This document shows positions 34,658 through 44,575 of a stretch of 64,000 nt of DNA, piece by piece. This stretch comes from Armatimonadota bacterium (GTDB lineage Bacteria; Sysuimicrobiota; Sysuimicrobiia; Sysuimicrobiales; Humicultoraceae): NCBI GenBank assembly GCA_037443565.1, contig JBBIOB010000001.1, positions 97,774-161,773 on the forward strand, read 5' to 3'. The notes under the pieces were generated by a model. The model saw only the letters and a list, made by a program, of their open reading frames with translations. It was not told the origin of the DNA and did not search any database. Each line of letters starts with the position of its first letter. The stretch's first letter is position 1. A program made the position numbers and the translations under genes.

Positions 34658-37109
34658 GGCACAGGCCGTCGTCATCGGCGGCGGGATCGTCGGCTGCAGC
34701 ATCGTCTACCACCTGTCGTTCATGGGATGGCGCGACGTCGTGCTCGTGGACAAGGCCGATCTCACCAGCGGATCCACCTGGCATGCCGCCGGGCTCGTGG
34801 GACAGCTGCGGGGCTCGCTCAGCCTGACGCGCATCATGATGTTCAGCGTCGAGCTGTATGCGCGCCTCGCCCAGGAGACCGGGCAGGAGACGGACTGGCG
34901 CCAGTGCGGCAGCCTGCGGCTGGCCTCGACGCCCCTGCGCATGGAAGAGAACCTGCGCCAGGCCGCGCTGGCGCGGACATTCGGGCTGCCCGTCGAGGTG
35001 CTGAGCGCCCACGAGGCGGTAGGGCTGTTCCCGCTGCTGAGTGAGACGGACCTCGTCGGCGCGGTCTACATGCCGACGGACGGCCGCGTGGACGGCAGCG
35101 GTGTGACGTTTGCAATGGCGCGCGGCGCGCGGAGCCGGGGCGTGGACATCTATACCAATACGACGGTGCAGCAGATCCAACTCAAGAACGGTCACGTGGA
35201 CGCGGTGGTCACCGACCGGGGAACCATCCGGACGCCGGTCGTGGTCAACGCCGCGGGCATGTGGGCCGACCAGATCGGCCGGATGGCCGGTGTGCGCGTG
35301 CCGATCGTCCCAATGCAGCACCAGTACCTGCTGACCGAGCCGATCGACGGCATGCGGCCCGAGTTCCCGGTGGTGCGCGATCCCGACCTGCGCGTGTACG
35401 CGCGCGAGGAGGTCCGGGGTCTCGTCGTCGGCGGGTTCGAGGCGCAGCCCGAGCCGTGGTCGACCGACGGTGTGCCCAACGAGTTCGTCCACCGGCTGCT
35501 GCCGACCAACTGGCCGATCTTCGAGCCGGTGGTCCGCAACGCGGCAAAGCGCATCCCGGCGTTCGAGCACGCCGAGATCTCGAAGGTCATCAACGGGCCC
35601 GAGGCGTTCACGCCCGACGGGGAGTTCATGATGGGCGAGGCGCCCGGCGTCCGGGGGTTCTTCGTCGCCGCGGGTTTCAACGCGTACGGGATCGCGGCCG
35701 GCGGCGGCGTGGGCCGCGTGCTTGCCGAGTGGATCGTCGACGGCCAGCCGAGCCTGGACGTATGGCGGATGGACATCCGGCGGTTCGGGCCGCAGTACGC
35801 GCACGCGTCGCACACGATAAGCCGGTCGGTGGAGGCATACACGCGCCGGTACGGCGCCGTGAGCCTGCCGTTCGAGGAATGGGACACCGCCCGCCGCTTC
35901 CGGTTGAGCCCGGTCTATCCGCGCCTAGTGGACCTGCGTGCGGCATTCGGCGAGAAGGGCGGATGGGAGCGGCCGAACTGGTTTGCCAGCAATGAGCCTG
36001 CCGGCGGCGGCACGGGCGCCGGGACCGTGGCGGCCCCTGCGGGGAGCTGGACCCCGCTGGGCTGGGCGCGGCACAACTGGTCGCCGGCCATGGCTGCGGA
36101 GCACCTGGCCGCGCGAGAGGCGGCAGGCCTCTTCGACTTCACGTCGTTCAGCAAGCTCGAGGTCAAAGGCGCGGGGGCGCTGGCGGCGTTGCAGTGGCTG
36201 ACGGACAACGAGATGGACAGGCCGCCGGGCAGCGTGACCTACACGCAGATGCTGAACGCCCGGGGCGGTATCGAGTGCGACCTGACGGTCACGCGACTGG
36301 GCCCGGACAGGTTCATGATCGTCACCGGCAGCGCCTTCGGCCCCCATGACCTGGACTGGATCCGCAAGCACCTGCCGGCCGACGGTTCGGTGACGGCAAC
36401 GGACATCACGACGGACCTCGCCTGCATCGGGCTATGGGGCCCCCGCGCCCGCGACGTCCTGCGGCGGGTGTGCGAGGAAGACCTGTCCGAGGCCGCGTTC
36501 CCCTACATGACGTGGCAGGAGATCCGTGCGGCAGGGGTTCCGGTGCGCGCGCTGCGCGTGACGTACGTCGGCGAGCTCGGCTGGGAGCTGTACGTGCGCC
36601 CCGACGATGCCCTGCGCCTCTGGGACGCGCTGTGGGAAGCGGGACGGCCGCTGGGCCTGCGGCCGGTCGGCTACCGCGCGGTGGACTCGCTGCGACTCGA
36701 GAAGGGCTACCGGTACTGGAGCGCGGACATCACGCCGGACTACACACCGTACGAGTCCGGCCAGGCGTTCTGCGTCAAGCTCGACAAGGGCGACTTCCAG
36801 GGCCGCGGCGCGCTGCTGCGGCAGAAGGCTGAAGGATTGACGCGGATGCTGTGCTGTCTGGTGCTGGCCGACCCGCAGCGGGTCGTGCTCGGCAACGAGC
36901 CGGTGTTCGAGGACGATCGGCTGGTGAGTCGCGTCACAAGCGGCGGATACGGCTACTACGTGGGCGAGAGCATCGCCTACGCGTACCTGCCGGTGCGCCT
37001 GGCGACGCTGGGTGCCGAGGTGAGCATCGAGGTCGACGGGATGCGCATCCCGGCGACGGTCCAGCGCGACCCGCGCCACGACCCGACCGGCAGCCGCATC
37101 AAGGCATAG
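34647..37109 (+). CDS. Dimethylglycine/sarcosine dehydrogenase family protein, paralog 2
   Basis: 820 aa, ATG at 34647 overlapping the aminotransferase stop by 11 bp. GGGIVGCSIVYHL, STWHAAGL (covalent FAD His), GcvT-like C-terminal domain. Confidence 0.8.
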   Translation: MKSEAQAVVIGGGIVGCSIVYHLSFMGWRDVVLVDKADLTSGSTWHAAGLVGQLRGSLSLTRIMMFSVELYARLAQETGQETDWRQCGSLRLASTPLRMEENLRQAALARTFGLPVEVLSAHEAVGLFPLLSETDLVGAVYMPTDGRVDGSGVTFAMARGARSRGVDIYTNTTVQQIQLKNGHVDAVVTDRGTIRTPVVVNAAGMWADQIGRMAGVRVPIVPMQHQYLLTEPIDGMRPEFPVVRDPDLRVYAREEVRGLVVGGFEAQPEPWSTDGVPNEFVHRLLPTNWPIFEPVVRNAAKRIPAFEHAEISKVINGPEAFTPDGEFMMGEAPGVRGFFVAAGFNAYGIAAGGGVGRVLAEWIVDGQPSLDVWRMDIRRFGPQYAHASHTISRSVEAYTRRYGAVSLPFEEWDTARRFRLSPVYPRLVDLRAAFGEKGGWERPNWFASNEPAGGGTGAGTVAAPAGSWTPLGWARHNWSPAMAAEHLAAREAAGLFDFTSFSKLEVKGAGALAALQWLTDNEMDRPPGSVTYTQMLNARGGIECDLTVTRLGPDRFMIVTGSAFGPHDLDWIRKHLPADGSVTATDITTDLACIGLWGPRARDVLRRVCEEDLSEAAFPYMTWQEIRAAGVPVRALRVTYVGELGWELYVRPDDALRLWDALWEAGRPLGLRPVGYRAVDSLRLEKGYRYWSADITPDYTPYESGQAFCVKLDKGDFQGRGALLRQKAEGLTRMLCCLVLADPQRVVLGNEPVFEDDRLVSRVTSGGYGYYVGESIAYAYLPVRLATLGAEVSIEVDGMRIPATVQRDPRHDPTGSRIKA

Positions 37110-37156
37110 CTGCGCAGGGTGATGGGAAACCGCTTACGCGGGACCCATCTAGTGTG

Positions 37157-37162
37157 TATAAT
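37157..37162 (+). promoter_or_regulatory. Candidate -10 element (TATAAT) inside an AT-rich TGTGTA-repeat operator-like sequence upstream of vapBC
   Basis: TAGTGTGTATAATTGTGTGTAG is the only strongly AT-rich patch in the 37110-37190 intergenic region, about 30 nt upstream of the vapB start. Confidence 0.3.
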
Positions 37163-37192
37163 TGTGTGTAGAAGTGACCTCATGTGAGGGCG

Positions 37193-37459
37193 ATGCGCAT
37201 TAACGTTGTTCTACCCGTCGACCTCCTGCGGGAGATCGACCGCGTCGCGGGTGCGCGCCGGCGCAGCCGTTTTCTCGCAGACGCGGCGCAGGAGAAGCTG
37301 GCGCGGCTGCGGTTCGAGCGGGCCGCCGCGGCAGCCTTTGGCGCCTGGAAGGACCACGACCATCCCGACCTGATGACCAGCGCCGACATGCGGCGGTTCC
37401 GCCGGCGTATTCGAGGCCCTGCCGATCGACGGCTGCGGCGGCGACTGGTCCGTGGGTAG
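37193..37459 (+). CDS. vapB: VapB-type antitoxin (ribbon-helix-helix)
   Basis: MRINVVLPVDLLREIDRV is a classic RHH beta-strand/helix start. Overlaps the vapC start by 8 bp. The GTG at 37184 is an alternative start. Confidence 0.6.
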   Translation: MRINVVLPVDLLREIDRVAGARRRSRFLADAAQEKLARLRFERAAAAAFGAWKDHDHPDLMTSADMRRFRRRIRGPADRRLRRRLVRG

Positions 37460-37847
37460 GGCGCTGCTGGACACCGATGTCATCATCTGGCATCTGCGCG
37501 GGCGGGAACACACACGGCGCTGGATCGGCGAACTACAAGCGGACGGCGTGCCCGCCTGCTCGGCCCTGTCGATAACCGAAGTCGTCGTGGGGATGCGGCC
37601 CAGAGAGGTGGGGGTGACCCGTGCGTTTCTGGAAGCCCTCGACGTCATCCCGGTGGATCGCGAGATCGCCTGGTTGGCAGGTGAGCTGATTCAAACCTAC
37701 GGCCGCCGTGGGATTACCCTGGACTTCGTGGACGCCACCGTTGCCGCGACATGCCTCGTCGAGCGTCTGGCCCTTGCCACCTACAACATCGGGCACTATC
37801 CTATGCCGGATCTTCACCGCGCCAACGTTCCTTTGTACGAAGGCTAA
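37452..37847 (+). CDS. vapC: VapC PIN-domain toxin
   Basis: 131 aa. LLDTDVIIW (first acidic residue), then conserved E and D positions of the PIN fold (SITEVV..., FVDATVAA). Confidence 0.7.
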   Translation: MGRALLDTDVIIWHLRGREHTRRWIGELQADGVPACSALSITEVVVGMRPREVGVTRAFLEALDVIPVDREIAWLAGELIQTYGRRGITLDFVDATVAATCLVERLALATYNIGHYPMPDLHRANVPLYEG

Positions 37848-37887
37848 GACTCCCCGGTTGGTTCCGTCTCGGCGCCTTTAGTTTTAG

Positions 37888-39015
37888 TCAGCCTGCCGCC
37901 GGTACCGGGACCCCGATCCCCATCTCCTCTAACACCTCTCGAATCGCCGCCAGGGCGCCGCGTATGTCGTCTTCGGTGAGCCGGCCGATGCAGCCGATGC
38001 GGAAGGAGTCGGTCACCGTCAGCTTGCCCGGATAGATCAGGTAGCCCCGCTGCGCGAGCCGGTCGTAGAACGTCTTGAATTCGAACCGGGGGTCGGCGGG
38101 CGTGTGGAAGGTGACGATGATGGGCGCCTGAAGCGCATCCGGCAGCAGCGGCCTGAAGCCCATCGCCCGCATGCCGTCGACCAGCACCCGGCAGTTGCGC
38201 CGGTAGCGCGCGCCGCGGGCCTCGACGCCCCCCTCGGCCGCGTGCTCGTCCAGGGCCCGATCGAATGCCGCAAGCACGTGCGTCGGCGGCGTGAAGCGCC
38301 ACTGACCGGTCCGCTCCATGTAGGTCCACTGGTCGTGGAGGTCCAGTGAGACCGAATGGGCGTTGCCGGCAGCGGCCTCGAGGGCCTGTCTGCGGCAGAT
38401 GACAAACGCCGCCCCGGGCACTCCTTCGATGCACTTGTTGAACGACGACGCCAGCGCGTCGAACGGGACCTCGCGCGTGTCGCAGCGCAGCGCGCCGAAC
38501 GCGCTCATCGCGTCGATCAGGAGCCGCCGCCCGGCCCGGGCGACGGCCGCGGCCACCTCCGCCAGCGGGTTGAGGATGCCCGAGGTCGTCTCGCAATGCA
38601 CCACGGCCACATGCGTGATCGCGGGATCGGCCGCCAGCCTCGTGGCCACGGCCCCGGGATCCACCGCGGCGTCTTCGGGCCACTCCAGGGGTGTGTGCGG
38701 ACGCCCGATGACACCGCAGATCCGCGCCATCCGCTGGCCGTAGGCGCCGTTGATCAGGATCAGCACGTTGCCGTCGCGGGGCACGAAGGTTCCGAGCATC
38801 GCCTCGACCGCGAACGTGCCCGATCCCTGGAGCAGGACGGCCACGTGCGAGCCGGCCCCGCCCACCATCGCGACCAATCGCTCGCGCACCCTGGCGTTCA
38901 TAGCGATGAACGTGCCGTCGCGCGACCCCCAGTCACGGAGCATCGCCTCTTTGGTCGTCCGCGACGTCGTCAGCGGTCCGGGTGTGAGCAGCAGGGGGTC
39001 GGCGTGGTGCGCCAT
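37888..39015 (-). CDS. phnW: 2-aminoethylphosphonate:pyruvate aminotransferase (PhnW), class V aminotransferase
   Basis: 376 aa from the ATG at 39015. [27 protein letters not shown] matches the PhnW N-terminal signature (Salmonella [20 protein letters not shown]). Similarity continues over the full length ([18 protein letters not shown]). Confidence 0.85.
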   Translation of the reverse strand: [375 protein letters not shown]

Positions 39016-39023
39016 CGAGCGCT

Positions 39024-40730
39024 TCACCTCTTCCTCCAGGCCTGCGTGCGGCGGTCCAGGTACCGCGACAGCAGCACGTGCAGCAGCTTGACCGTCGCCG
39101 ACGTGTAGGCGATCATCATCGCCATGGCCGCGGCCGCGCCCTGCTGGCCCGTCTCGTCCATGTAGACCACGGCGATCGACGCCACCCGGGTCTCGGGGAC
39201 CCACAGGAAGATCAGCGCAGAGACCGTGGTCATCGCATTCACGAAGAAGTAGACCGCGATGTCGAGGATCGCCGGCAGGCACACCGGCACCGTCACCTTC
39301 CAAAAGGTCCGGTAGAACGGCGCCCGCAGCGACGCGGAGACCGCCTCGAACTCGCTGTCGAGCTGCTTGAGCGCCGTCGTGGCCGTGAGATGGCTCACGG
39401 TATAGAAGTGGGCAATGGTGTTGATGACCATGATCGCCAGCGTGCCATAGAAGAAGCCCAACGGGTTCCTCGGATGATTGAAGAAGAAGATGTAGCTGAG
39501 ACCCAGCACCAGCCCCGGCACGGCGAGCGGCAGCATGGCGAAGAGCTGGGTGATCGAGCGCAGCGTGGGGTTCCCGCGGATCTTCTCCTGGAAGTAGGCT
39601 CCGGTGAACACGACGGCCGTGCCGATCAACGCGGCCAATCCCGCCAGGCGCAGCGAGTTGAAGTACGGAAGCCAGCCCGCGGTCTCAAAGCGCGCGAACT
39701 CGTAGTTCCGCAAGCCCAGCGTCAGGTTGTACGGCCAGAACCGGATGAACGAGCCCCAGGCCGCAGTGGCCAGGAGCCCGACGACAGGAACAACGATGAG
39801 CGCGCACATCGCGAAGAAGGGCCAGTCCGTCAGTGGCCGAGGGCGGGGCTCCAGCGGCACCGCCTGCGCCGTGAGCGCGGCCATCTGCCTGCGCCGCACG
39901 AAGCGCTCGGCCGCGAACGATAGCAGGGCCGGGACGAGCAGCACCATGCTCACCACCGCGCCCATCTCGAAGTTCTGCCGGCCGTAGACCTGCTTGTAGA
40001 TGTCGGTGGCTAGAACGTTGAACTGGCCGCCGATGACCTTGGGGATGCCGAAGTCGGTAATGACCAGGGTGAAGACGACGAAGGCGGCGCTGATGATCCC
40101 ATACCGGGCCCCGGGCAGCGTGACTGTGAAGAACACCCGCCGCGGCGAGGCGCCCAGCGCCGCCGCCGACTCGTAGAGCCGCGCATCCGAGGTCCGCAGC
40201 GCGGTAACCAGGATCATCAGCGCGTGCGGGAAACAGTAAATCGACTCAGCGAGGATGATCCCGATCGGGCCGTAGATCGAGTGGCCGAACAGCCAGCTTC
40301 GCAGGAACCCCTGGTTTCCGAACAGGTAGACCAGGGCGAGGGCCTGCAGGAACGAAGGCGCGAGAATCGGGATGAGGGCCAGGGCGCCGAACAACCCCTT
40401 GGCCCGCATGGACGTCCTGGTCAGCGCGTAGGCGTAGAGGAACGAGCCCGGAAGCACCAGCGCCGTGGCCACGGCGGCGATCATGAGGCTGTTCCAGAGC
40501 GACGAGAGGAGGGCCGGGTTGGAGAAGTACTCGGCGTAGTTGGCCAGCCCGACGAACTGTCCCTGACGGTCCAGGACGCTCTTGGAGAGCAGCGCCCACA
40601 GCGGGAGGGCCACGGTGATCAGCAGCCACAGGGTCAGGGCCGCAAGGCCCGCGCGGGCCAGCCACTCGTCGCGGGCGAGCTTCTGCCGGACCGGAGCCGC
40701 CGCCGCTGTCGCGGTCGCCATGGCGCTCAC
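39024..40730 (-). CDS. Fused two-domain ABC permease (PhnU/PhnV-like)
   Basis: 568 aa, two permease repeats. 4-bp overlap with the upstream ATPase gene. Confidence 0.8.
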   Translation of the reverse strand: MSAMATATAAAAPVRQKLARDEWLARAGLAALTLWLLITVALPLWALLSKSVLDRQGQFVGLANYAEYFSNPALLSSLWNSLMIAAVATALVLPGSFLYAYALTRTSMRAKGLFGALALIPILAPSFLQALALVYLFGNQGFLRSWLFGHSIYGPIGIILAESIYCFPHALMILVTALRTSDARLYESAAALGASPRRVFFTVTLPGARYGIISAAFVVFTLVITDFGIPKVIGGQFNVLATDIYKQVYGRQNFEMGAVVSMVLLVPALLSFAAERFVRRRQMAALTAQAVPLEPRPRPLTDWPFFAMCALIVVPVVGLLATAAWGSFIRFWPYNLTLGLRNYEFARFETAGWLPYFNSLRLAGLAALIGTAVVFTGAYFQEKIRGNPTLRSITQLFAMLPLAVPGLVLGLSYIFFFNHPRNPLGFFYGTLAIMVINTIAHFYTVSHLTATTALKQLDSEFEAVSASLRAPFYRTFWKVTVPVCLPAILDIAVYFFVNAMTTVSALIFLWVPETRVASIAVVYMDETGQQGAAAAMAMMIAYTSATVKLLHVLLSRYLDRRTQAWRKR

Positions 40731-41857
40731 CCCCTGGCGAACACGCGGATGCGATCGGCCGGGAGCGACACGGTGATGGTCTTCCCTGGGGCCAGGTCGC
40801 CTTCACGCTGGAGGTGGATGGGCACGTCGGCCCGGACCTCCGCCGTGCCCGCGGCCGCGGGCCGCAGCGTCGCGCGATAAAACGATCCCAGGAAATCCAG
40901 GGCGACAATCTCCACCGGCATGGCATTGACGGCGGGGGCGCCCGCGTTTCGGACATCCACATCCTCGGGCCGGAAACACACCCGAACCAGGGCGCCCGGG
41001 GACAGTCCGTCCGTGGTGTCGCACCGCAGCTCCGTGGTCCCCACGCGGATCACGTCAGGGCCCATCAGCACGCCGTCCAGGAAGTTCATCTCTCCCACGA
41101 AGTCGGCGACGAACGGCGTCGCGGGATTCCGGTAGATCTCGATCGGCGTGCCGATCTGCTCCACGACCCCATGGTTCATGACGACGATGCGGTCGGCCAT
41201 CGTCAGCGCCTCTTCCTGGTCGTGGGTGACCAGGACCGTCGTGATGCCGAGCCGGCGCTGGAGGCTGCGAATCTCGTGCCGGAGGCGGATGCGCAGCCGG
41301 GCGTCGAGGGCCGAGAGCGGTTCGTCGAGGAGCAGCAGGCCCGGCGACGGCGCCAGTGCCCGCGCGAGCGCCACCCGCTGCTGCTGCCCGCCGGAGAGCT
41401 GCGCCGGATACTTGCGCGCCGCATCGGGCATGCCGATGAGCGCCAGGAGCTCACCCACCCGCGCGGCGATCTGCTCGCGCCTCATCCTCCGGCTGTGCAG
41501 CCCGTACGCGACGTTGTCGAAGACCGTCAGGTTCGGAAAGAGCGCGTACGACTGAAACACGATGCCGAAGTCGCGCTGCGCGGGCGGCAGAGCGGAGATG
41601 TCGCGATCCTGATGCAGGATCCGGCCCTGCGTCTGGACCTCCAGGCCCATGATGATCCGCAGCAGCGTCGTCTTGCCGCACCCCGAGGGGCCGAGCAGGC
41701 AGACGAACGCGCCGTGCTCGATGTCGAACGAGACGTCCATCAGCGCGGTGAAGGTTCCAAACCGCTTCCAGATGGACTCGATGCGCAGATAGGCCGCCGC
41801 GGTGTGGCCTGCTGCAGTGTGCTGTGCGCCGGCGGCGCCGGAGTGCACGCGATTCAT
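40727..41857 (-). CDS. ABC ATP-binding protein (PhnT/PotA-like)
   Basis: Walker A GPSGCGKTT, LSGGQQQRV, LLLDEP, VTHDQ. The start is assigned to MNRVH...; an upstream Met at 41914 is possible. Confidence 0.8.
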   Translation of the reverse strand: MNRVHSGAAGAQHTAAGHTAAAYLRIESIWKRFGTFTALMDVSFDIEHGAFVCLLGPSGCGKTTLLRIIMGLEVQTQGRILHQDRDISALPPAQRDFGIVFQSYALFPNLTVFDNVAYGLHSRRMRREQIAARVGELLALIGMPDAARKYPAQLSGGQQQRVALARALAPSPGLLLLDEPLSALDARLRIRLRHEIRSLQRRLGITTVLVTHDQEEALTMADRIVVMNHGVVEQIGTPIEIYRNPATPFVADFVGEMNFLDGVLMGPDVIRVGTTELRCDTTDGLSPGALVRVCFRPEDVDVRNAGAPAVNAMPVEIVALDFLGSFYRATLRPAAAGTAEVRADVPIHLQREGDLAPGKTITVSLPADRIRVFARG

Positions 41858-41935
41858 GGTAAAGGCGCCAGCCCCCGTCCTGACGACACCCGAGACGGGG
41901 GCTGGCCGGTGCATCTCACCCGACTGCCCGGTCGA

Positions 41936-42988
41936 TCAGCGCCGAGCCGACTTGCCGTCGTAGCGCCGCGTCCACTCTTTGAGAATGCGGTCGCGGTTCT
42001 TCGCCATCCAGGCGAAGTCGTTCTTGATCATCGAGGTTTCACCCTGAGGGGGGTAGAAGGGAGGAACGTTGGTGATGCCTGGATAGGCGACCACCGCGTA
42101 CCACTGGTTGTACATCTCATTGGCCTTGCGGGTGACCGACCAGTCGGCCAACCGCTGGGCCGCCGCCAGGTTGCGCGTCCCGCGGTGGATGGCCGTGGCC
42201 TCCATCTCCCAGCCGGAGCCTTCTCGCATGACCAGGACGTCGATCGGTGCGCCTTCCTGCTTCAGCCGGGCGCCGCGCATGTCGAACCCGATGCCCAGCG
42301 TGAACTCGCCACGGGCCGCCTGCACGCAGGGCGCCGACCCCGAGTGCAGATAGACGGCGACGTTCTCGTGGAGCTGGTTCATGAAGTTCCAGCCGTCCTG
42401 CTCGCCGAAGAGCTGCAGCCAGGCCGCGATAGTCAGGAATCCGGTCCCCGACGACGCCGGGTTCGGCATGACGATCTGCCCCTTGTAGAGGGGGTTGGCC
42501 AGGTCCTTCCAGGACCGAGGCTGGCGGATGTTGCGCCTGGCGGCCTCGCGCGTGTTGAAGCACACCACGGAGAGGTAGGCGTCCATGCCGGTCCAGGTCA
42601 TGGGGTTCCTGGAGCTGCGGAACTGCGGCTTGAGCTGATCGGCCCCTCTGGGCGTGTAAGGCTGGATCATGTTGAGTTCTTCGAAGACGAGGACGCTGGA
42701 GGCAGACAGGCCCCAGATGATGTCGGCCCGGGGGTTGTCCTTCTCCGCGATGAGGCGCGAGGTGACGGTGCCGGTCGAGTCGCGGACCCACGAGATGGTG
42801 ATGCCGGGGTTATCGGCCTCGAACATCTCCTTGTAGGGTCCCATCTGGTCGTTTTCGATCGCGGTGTAGACCGTCAACCGGACCGGCGCCTGAGCGAGAG
42901 CCTCGCCCGCTAGACCTGCGGCGAGAGCCAGGAGCACCACGAGCACTGCTGCCCGCATGAGCACACTACCAATCGCGACTCGCGGCAT
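41936..42988 (-). CDS. Periplasmic substrate-binding protein (PhnS/FbpA family)
   Basis: 350 aa. Sec signal peptide (AAVLVVLLALAAGLAGEALA), SBP_bac_8-like. Confidence 0.75.
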   Translation of the reverse strand: MPRVAIGSVLMRAAVLVVLLALAAGLAGEALAQAPVRLTVYTAIENDQMGPYKEMFEADNPGITISWVRDSTGTVTSRLIAEKDNPRADIIWGLSASSVLVFEELNMIQPYTPRGADQLKPQFRSSRNPMTWTGMDAYLSVVCFNTREAARRNIRQPRSWKDLANPLYKGQIVMPNPASSGTGFLTIAAWLQLFGEQDGWNFMNQLHENVAVYLHSGSAPCVQAARGEFTLGIGFDMRGARLKQEGAPIDVLVMREGSGWEMEATAIHRGTRNLAAAQRLADWSVTRKANEMYNQWYAVVAYPGITNVPPFYPPQGETSMIKNDFAWMAKNRDRILKEWTRRYDGKSARR

Positions 42989-43105
42989 AGATACCCTCCC
43001 CCTCTGGATCGAGCCGTCTGGCGATTGCAGTAGCCGGTAGTATTCATCAGGATCCTGTCGAGTCCTTGTGCACCTTTCCCGCCGCCCGGCACCCCAGGCC
43101 GGCGG

Positions 43106-44572
43106 CTACGTGCCCAGCCGCATCCGGATGCTCTTGATCTGGGTGTAACTCAACATTTCCTCCAGGCATTCCTCTCTGCCGATCCCGCTCTGCTTGATGC
43201 CGCCGTAGGGCAGCCCCAGCGCGTGGCCGCCGGGGATGTTCACCCAGATGTACCCGGCCTCGAGCCGCCTCGCGACCCGCTGGGCGCGCGCGTGGTCCCG
43301 CGTGTAGATCGCCGCGCTCAGGCCGTAGATGACCCCGTTGGCCTGTCGGATCATTTCGTCCTCGTCGTCCCACGTCAGCACAGCCATCACCGGTCCGAAG
43401 ATCTCTTCCTGCGCGATGCGCATCTCGGGGCGCACGCCGCCGAACACCGTGGGTTCGACGAAGTAGCCGTGCCGGAGTGCCGGATCGTCTGGCGGCCCGC
43501 CACCGCACAGCAGGCGGGCGCCCTCGCGGCGGCCGGCCTCGATGTAGGTCATCACCTTCTCGTACTGCTCCTTTGAGATCAGGCACCCCACCTGGCTCTC
43601 CTCGGCCTCGGGTAGGCCCAGGCGCAGATCCCGCAGGCGGGCGAGGAGTGCCTCGATGAACGCGGCGTGCAGGCTGTTGTGCACGAAGATGCGCGAGGTG
43701 CTGCTGCACGACTGACCGGCCCGGTTGAGATTCATGGCCCCCACCGCGGCGTCGGCGGCCTCGCTAGGGTCCACGTCGGGGAAGAGGATCAGCGGGTTCT
43801 TGCCGCCCAGTTCGAGGGTGACCGTCTTCAACCCGTCGCTGGCCGCGCGCATGACGGCCCGCCCGGCCTCCACCGACCCGATCAGGGCGATGCGCCGCAC
43901 GAGCGGGTGGCGGACCAGCGCCGCGCCGGTCGTCGGCCCGTCTCCCGTGACGATGTTGACCACGCCCGGCGGGAAGATCTCTTGAATCAGGGATCCGAGC
44001 ACCAGCGACGACAGGGGCGCCTGCTCGGGCGGCTTGAGGACCACGGTGTTCCCGGCGGCCAGAGGCGCCGCCAGCTTCTCCGCCGCAAAGCGCAGCGGGT
44101 GGTTGTAGGGATTGATCTTCGCGACCACGCCGAACGGCTCGCGGAGCGTGTAGGCGAGCGTGGCAGCGTCGGTCGGCAGCACCTCGCCCTTGATCTCCGG
44201 GATGAGGCCCGCGAAGTAGTCGAGCGAGTCCGCGGCCCAGTCCACATCGCGCCGCATGCCGGTGATGACGTTGCCGGAGTTAAGGGCATCCAGCCGCGCC
44301 AGGTCCTCGCCGTGCCCGCGCAATGCGGCCGCCAGCGCCCGCAGGCGCGCTCCCCGCTCGGGCCCGGGGGTCTCGGCCCACGACGGGAACGCATCGGCCG
44401 CGGCGCGGACCGCCCGGTCGACGTCTGCCTCGTCGGCCAGCGGCACCCGGCCGAGCGCCGCGCGCGTGGCGGGGTTGTACGTCGTGATCATGCGGTCTGA
44501 ACGGCTGTCCTCCCACCGCCCGCCGATGAACAGCCGGCCCTGCGGGATCTGCTCAAGGAGCGCCGGGCCCAT
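43106..44572 (-). CDS. Aldehyde dehydrogenase (candidate phosphonoacetaldehyde dehydrogenase PhnY-like)
   Basis: 488 aa. GNTVVLKP, ELGGKNP, catalytic Cys (GQSCSS), EEIFGPV. The function is inferred from the phnW/ABC context only. Confidence 0.7.
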   Translation of the reverse strand: MGPALLEQIPQGRLFIGGRWEDSRSDRMITTYNPATRAALGRVPLADEADVDRAVRAAADAFPSWAETPGPERGARLRALAAALRGHGEDLARLDALNSGNVITGMRRDVDWAADSLDYFAGLIPEIKGEVLPTDAATLAYTLREPFGVVAKINPYNHPLRFAAEKLAAPLAAGNTVVLKPPEQAPLSSLVLGSLIQEIFPPGVVNIVTGDGPTTGAALVRHPLVRRIALIGSVEAGRAVMRAASDGLKTVTLELGGKNPLILFPDVDPSEAADAAVGAMNLNRAGQSCSSTSRIFVHNSLHAAFIEALLARLRDLRLGLPEAEESQVGCLISKEQYEKVMTYIEAGRREGARLLCGGGPPDDPALRHGYFVEPTVFGGVRPEMRIAQEEIFGPVMAVLTWDDEDEMIRQANGVIYGLSAAIYTRDHARAQRVARRLEAGYIWVNIPGGHALGLPYGGIKQSGIGREECLEEMLSYTQIKSIRMRLGT

Positions 44573-44575
44573 GGC

